This document shows positions 59,818 through 64,000 of a stretch of 64,000 nt of DNA, one piece after another. Under the pieces are notes generated by a model. It saw only the letters and a program-made list of their open reading frames with translations, did no database searches and had not been told where the DNA came from. Source of the stretch: a virus. The position numbers and the translations under genes are program-made. The DNA lies in IMG/VR virus record IMGVR_UViG_3300026382_000012, positions 1 through 64,000 of that record; one strand, given 5' to 3'. Positions within the stretch are counted from its first letter, which is position 1, and every line of letters starts with the position of its first letter.

Positions 59818-61344
59818 TTAAACATATGGATTATTAACAACTTTAACTACACCAAGTTTTCTAGGATCTACAACTTCTACAGCAGTTCTAGACTTGAGAT
59901 ATTGCTTTGTAACGCCATTTACATCAGACTTATGGATATAGAGCGGTTTATAAACAACATCAACAAGAGCAGCGGCGGATTTATTATTTGCCTTATAAAC
60001 TACATAAATCTTTCCTTCTTCAACAGAATCAGATTTAAATATTGTGAACTTAGTAAATTGAAGTGCGGAAGCAGCAGGTCCTAATTTTCCTTGTCCTTGT
60101 GTATTCATTTGAGCGGTAGCGAAAGACTGAAGAGCTTCTAGTGTAATTGCTGTCTTCCTATCTGTAACAAGATATTGAGGTGTTACGTGCGCATTCTTCT
60201 CGATAGAAGAAGCAACAGCAAGAATCTTAGGTACTACGAGAGAGAATACATCTGCAATATTAGCAGGTGTGAGATAAGTAGGAATAGAAGAGTAATCTAT
60301 AGTAGCAGTATTACCATATTTAGCCATATCAGGCTCAGAAAGTTTAAGAAGATCTGCTACATCTGCATCTTTATTTAATTGGAATTGGAGTTTAACAACT
60401 TCCATAATGGAAGCAAGAAGATCTATGTTATAAATATCTTTAAAGTCTTGAACTTCTTCATCAATTAGTTCGATGAAGAATGTATTATCTTCATCGAGTT
60501 GAAGTTTGAGTTCATCTTCTACGTTGAGTTTAATTTTAACTTTTCCTTTATCGGCGCCGTATACGTTAATTCTACATTCTACAGTTGCATTTTGGAAGTC
60601 AATAGTATCAGAAGAATCAGTTATAATGTTTTTAGAAAGTACGATTTCGCCGGTTTCGAAGTTTACATTACCTGTAACAATTACATTAACAGTTTTACCG
60701 TCACCGGCAGCAGTAAATTGAGCTTCACCATAGAAGTTACCGGAGAAGTCTGCTCTGATAACTACAGGAAGATTTACTGTAGTAGTACTAGAACCATCAT
60801 TATCTGTGAGAGTTAGTTTAGTAATAGCAAAGTATCTTTGATTAATTTTTGCTTTATCAGTTATAGAAAGTAGAGAGAAGAGATTTGTTTTACCTTCGCT
60901 AATAGTTTCAACTATTTTATTAGGCCTTACAGCGGTAGAAGAAGGAAGTTCTACTTTATCAAGAACTGTGCCGTCGATTTTTATAACTTCACCGACAACA
61001 GATTTTCTTGGAATAGCAACTCTTTTCTGAGAAGTAGTAAATACAGTTAGAAGTTTAGAAATAAGAGGTGTTTGATATACATCTGCGAGTATTGGGAAGT
61101 ACATAATCGCCCAAGCTCTTCCTTCACCAGTTAAGAGATCGCCGGATTCTTGAAGAACTTCTCTTTCCCTATAAGCTACTGTTTTAAATGCTTCTCTAGC
61201 ATCTTTATCTTCAATAGCTTCAGAAAGTGCAGTGATAAAATCTTTAAATGCAGTATTATCTTTTAGAAATCCTACAGGATCAGATTCAATAAGAGATCTG
61301 TTTTGTTTAACATAAGAATCATACTGTTCCAATATTAAAGCCAT
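59818..61344 (-). CDS. Major capsid protein (gp23-like HK97 fold)
   Basis: Position after protease; EEVQDFKDIYNIDL helix, VYKPLY, KSRTA; distinct codon usage; strong terminator. Confidence 0.8.
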   Translation of the reverse strand: MALILEQYDSYVKQNRSLIESDPVGFLKDNTAFKDFITALSEAIEDKDAREAFKTVAYREREVLQESGDLLTGEGRAWAIMYFPILADVYQTPLISKLLTVFTTSQKRVAIPRKSVVGEVIKIDGTVLDKVELPSSTAVRPNKIVETISEGKTNLFSLLSITDKAKINQRYFAITKLTLTDNDGSSTTTVNLPVVIRADFSGNFYGEAQFTAAGDGKTVNVIVTGNVNFETGEIVLSKNIITDSSDTIDFQNATVECRINVYGADKGKVKIKLNVEDELKLQLDEDNTFFIELIDEEVQDFKDIYNIDLLASIMEVVKLQFQLNKDADVADLLKLSEPDMAKYGNTATIDYSSIPTYLTPANIADVFSLVVPKILAVASSIEKNAHVTPQYLVTDRKTAITLEALQSFATAQMNTQGQGKLGPAASALQFTKFTIFKSDSVEEGKIYVVYKANNKSAAALVDVVYKPLYIHKSDVNGVTKQYLKSRTAVEVVDPRKLGVVKVVNNPYV

Positions 61345-61396
61345 GTCTAATTACTCCTTTTTTGTTTAATAAATTTTTAAAATAATACAACATTAT

Positions 61397-63100
61397 TTAC
61401 TTAAAATCATAGAAAATATGCTCAAAGAAAATAGCATCTAATATATCATTAGATGCTAAATTAAGAGATTCCTTAATTTCATTATAGTATTCTTTTAATA
61501 GATGGTTTAATAAAATATCTAGCTCATATTCAGAAATAATATCATTTTCGCTTAAAATACTATTTTCATTATATTTCTGATCTTCTAAGTATAATTCCTC
61601 TAATATAGAAGGTATTGAGTTTAGTTCTTGAATACATTCTTCTAGAGATTTATTATAGTTATTTATTACTAAATTATCTATGTTGGTTAGATAAGATTCA
61701 ATTTCATTTAAGTAGTAGTTTAATTGATAGTCTAAATCATCAATAGTAGTAGTTCCATATTCAAAATCATCGTCTGTAATATAATCATCAATATTAGTAG
61801 TAGTGTTAATATTAGACTCTAGTAGGGAGCAATTATTGATATTATTATTTGAAAGATCTTCTAAATCAAAATAATCTTCTAAAACTAGAATGTCTTTAGA
61901 TTCATTTAATTTACGCGCCGCGATATTGTATATAGATTCAAATAACTCATCTATCTTATCTTCCATATTATCATCATTTAATATTTGCTCTAATAAATCT
62001 AAATCATTTTCAAAGGATTTTTCAATTGCATTATTTAATTGAATTGTAGGATCAATATCCATAGTATCTTCATATTCTGCATTATCATCATTAATTATAT
62101 CATTAGTATTTTTGCTTGTTAATAGAACTGGATCTGTAATAGGATTTAGAAATGGTTTATAATTATTGGTTGATTGCATAGATAGTTTTATGGCGCGCCC
62201 GAATCCTACTAACGGATAAAATTCACAATTAGAATCTGCATTTGTTAATTTAGCATATCTATTTCTACCTATAATAACTTTAACTAAATCATCTAATGAT
62301 TTAGTTACACATTGATTATTATTACAAATAGTAACTTTATTGTTTTCTGGGTCGATAGAAATAGTATATGCTTGTATATTTATATCATCAAAATTCTGTA
62401 GTGAAGATAAATCATCTTCATTTAAATCGTTAATAATCGCCCCGATTGGTAAATAAATAGTCTGTTTTGTTTTATTATCTTCTACAGAAGCATTTTCTAT
62501 CAATAATTCATTACTATCTAGTTTAAATAGATTGATATCTTCATTTAAGAATTCTAGAATTCTTGCATTAGAGTGTGAAGGATTTGATACTACATCATAA
62601 GTTATAGCTTTTATATCATCGCCTACTATTACTGTGCCGTCTGGACCGGGCATTACAGGCCCAAATGCCCTTAATGAAAAACCTATATTTACACCATCTT
62701 TAATTAAACCATATAAATCTAGCCCTTTCTGATTTGTTAGTGTTTCACATTCAGCAATTACATATTTACCATCAAATTGTATATCTCTAATTAGGCAACA
62801 AACCTCTGAAAGTCTTATTTGTGCGGCTCTTCTTTTTAAAATATCTTGATCTTTAGTATTAACCCAAGGGTGATCTAATTCAGATAATAATTCTCTATTT
62901 TTTGCTTTTGGTTGTAGTTGTTGAACTACTTTTTCAAGAACAGATTTAGGATATATTCTCTTGTTTTGGTTGGGCGTATCAGCTTCTTGGAGAATTGTTT
63001 TGAATATTAATTTGTATTTATTATCGCCTACTTTTTTATCTTGTATGATTACAGGCTTCTCTGCAGGCGTATAAGCTTCTTCAATTATAAATTTAAGCAT
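61397..63100 (-). CDS. Prohead protease (gp21-like) with long acidic C-terminal extension
   Basis: LQEADTPNQNKRIYP, ELDHP, GFSLRAFG, TYDVVSNPSH. Confidence 0.9.
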   Translation of the reverse strand: MLKFIIEEAYTPAEKPVIIQDKKVGDNKYKLIFKTILQEADTPNQNKRIYPKSVLEKVVQQLQPKAKNRELLSELDHPWVNTKDQDILKRRAAQIRLSEVCCLIRDIQFDGKYVIAECETLTNQKGLDLYGLIKDGVNIGFSLRAFGPVMPGPDGTVIVGDDIKAITYDVVSNPSHSNARILEFLNEDINLFKLDSNELLIENASVEDNKTKQTIYLPIGAIINDLNEDDLSSLQNFDDINIQAYTISIDPENNKVTICNNNQCVTKSLDDLVKVIIGRNRYAKLTNADSNCEFYPLVGFGRAIKLSMQSTNNYKPFLNPITDPVLLTSKNTNDIINDDNAEYEDTMDIDPTIQLNNAIEKSFENDLDLLEQILNDDNMEDKIDELFESIYNIAARKLNESKDILVLEDYFDLEDLSNNNINNCSLLESNINTTTNIDDYITDDDFEYGTTTIDDLDYQLNYYLNEIESYLTNIDNLVINNYNKSLEECIQELNSIPSILEELYLEDQKYNENSILSENDIISEYELDILLNHLLKEYYNEIKESLNLASNDILDAIFFEHIFYDFK

Positions 63101-63434
63101 TGTTTTCAACCTCAGTCTTCTTTTTAACAAATTGTCCTAACTTTGTTAATGTATTTATAATGTCGTCATATATAGCTAATACATCATTGGTTGTTAATGC
63201 ATGTAACGCGGGTTTTATATCTTCAATAATATTAATTACATATTGAATATTGGGATATTTATCAACATAATTTGTTAATGTCTCTTTTATTTTTTCAATT
63301 TGATTTATAACGGTATATTTTAGTATATAATCAGATAGTAAAGATAAAGTCTGATTAGATGTTAATTCGGGATTTTCTTCTTGTTGAATATTTTCAGATT
63401 CTATATCATTCTGTTCATATAGGAGGTAATACAT
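63093..63434 (-). CDS. Hypothetical head-module protein
   Basis: Between portal and protease. Confidence 0.6.
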   Translation of the reverse strand: MYYLLYEQNDIESENIQQEENPELTSNQTLSLLSDYILKYTVINQIEKIKETLTNYVDKYPNIQYVINIIEDIKPALHALTTNDVLAIYDDIINTLTKLGQFVKKKTEVENNA

Positions 63435-63459
63435 TTCAGTGCTCTCGTATTAAAATTTA

Positions 63460-64000
63460 CTAGAACGGACTATTATTTTGATTATTCGGCGGCATATTTT
63501 GTGTTGTTATTTGTTGTAATTCATTTCTCTTATAGTCATCATTGGTTTTAAGAAATTCATCCCAATCAATAGTAGGTATAAATTTCTTGAGGAATTTAAT
63601 TATATCAATATTTTGGCCATCGGGTGTTGAAGATAACAACTGTAAAGTATTAGACATTGAAACAAATACTGCATCAAGATATTGTAGTTGTAACATAACT
63701 GGTTGATTTAAGACTGCTTTAGCTATATCACTAGGTAATATTAAATTACTATCGGAATTCAAATATGTTTCTTTATTCACAACTAAGTATATCTTATTGA
63801 TTAATTCATTTATCTTATCAATGAATTGTTGTTGATAACTAGATATAGTCTCGGCCCATATTATATTAGCAGTTACTAATTGTTCTCTTAATTCTACAGT
63901 ATCAACTAAACCTAAATATGGACTAGGTACCTTAGATAAGGATATAATTTCACTTTTCAGAAAATCTAAATCCTGTATATCTACAGTTGGATCGCCTGTT
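63460..64000 (-). CDS. Portal protein (gp20-like), C-terminal part; 5' end outside window
   Basis: Frame open to window end: DIQDLDFLKSEIISLSKVPSPYLG. Confidence 0.75.
   Translation of the reverse strand, partial: TGDPTVDIQDLDFLKSEIISLSKVPSPYLGLVDTVELREQLVTANIIWAETISSYQQQFIDKINELINKIYLVVNKETYLNSDSNLILPSDIAKAVLNQPVMLQLQYLDAVFVSMSNTLQLLSSTPDGQNIDIIKFLKKFIPTIDWDEFLKTNDDYKRNELQQITTQNMPPNNQNNSPF

Noticed and set aside
1-64000. tRNA or rRNA genes
   Set aside because: No cloverleaf, T-loop consensus or rRNA-like GC-rich segment seen by eye; tRNAscan not run

Overview
Very AT-rich 64-kb segment of a large T4-superfamily-like (jumbo-type) myovirus of a bacterium. The host-like ClpP and strong GGAGG Shine-Dalgarno (SD) sites suggest a bacterial host. 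The minus strand holds the virion module: partial portal, prohead protease with a long acidic extension, major capsid, tail sheath and tube, gp25-like and gp26/gp51-like baseplate genes. The plus strand holds replication and metabolism genes: family-B DNA polymerase split into two genes in reversed order, each with an intein, ATP-dependent ligase, HNH nuclease, HPRT, QueD, and QueC plus a separate Gat domain (implying 7-deazaguanine DNA modification). It also carries HslU, ClpP, a MoxR-VWA pair, a lytic transglycosylase and two long arrays of ORFans. Three IS607-family elements (serine recombinase TnpA + TnpB + omegaRNA end) are present. Most notable unexplained signals: (1) about 25 mostly unrelated ORFans share a C-terminal motif N-x-x-[KRN]-hydrophobic-x-x-[LF]-COOH. 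(2) A 17-nt element AACTACTTTAAAGGAGG precedes about 22 plus-strand genes and no structural gene. (3) The IS607 whose transposase is dead ends inside one copy of that element, so its predicted TnpB guide starts with the antisense of the element. (4) HslU ends in a ClpP-docking-like VGF tail, with ClpP but no HslV in the window. (5) Long CG-only runs are in excess. All calls come from visual motif recognition; no searches were run.
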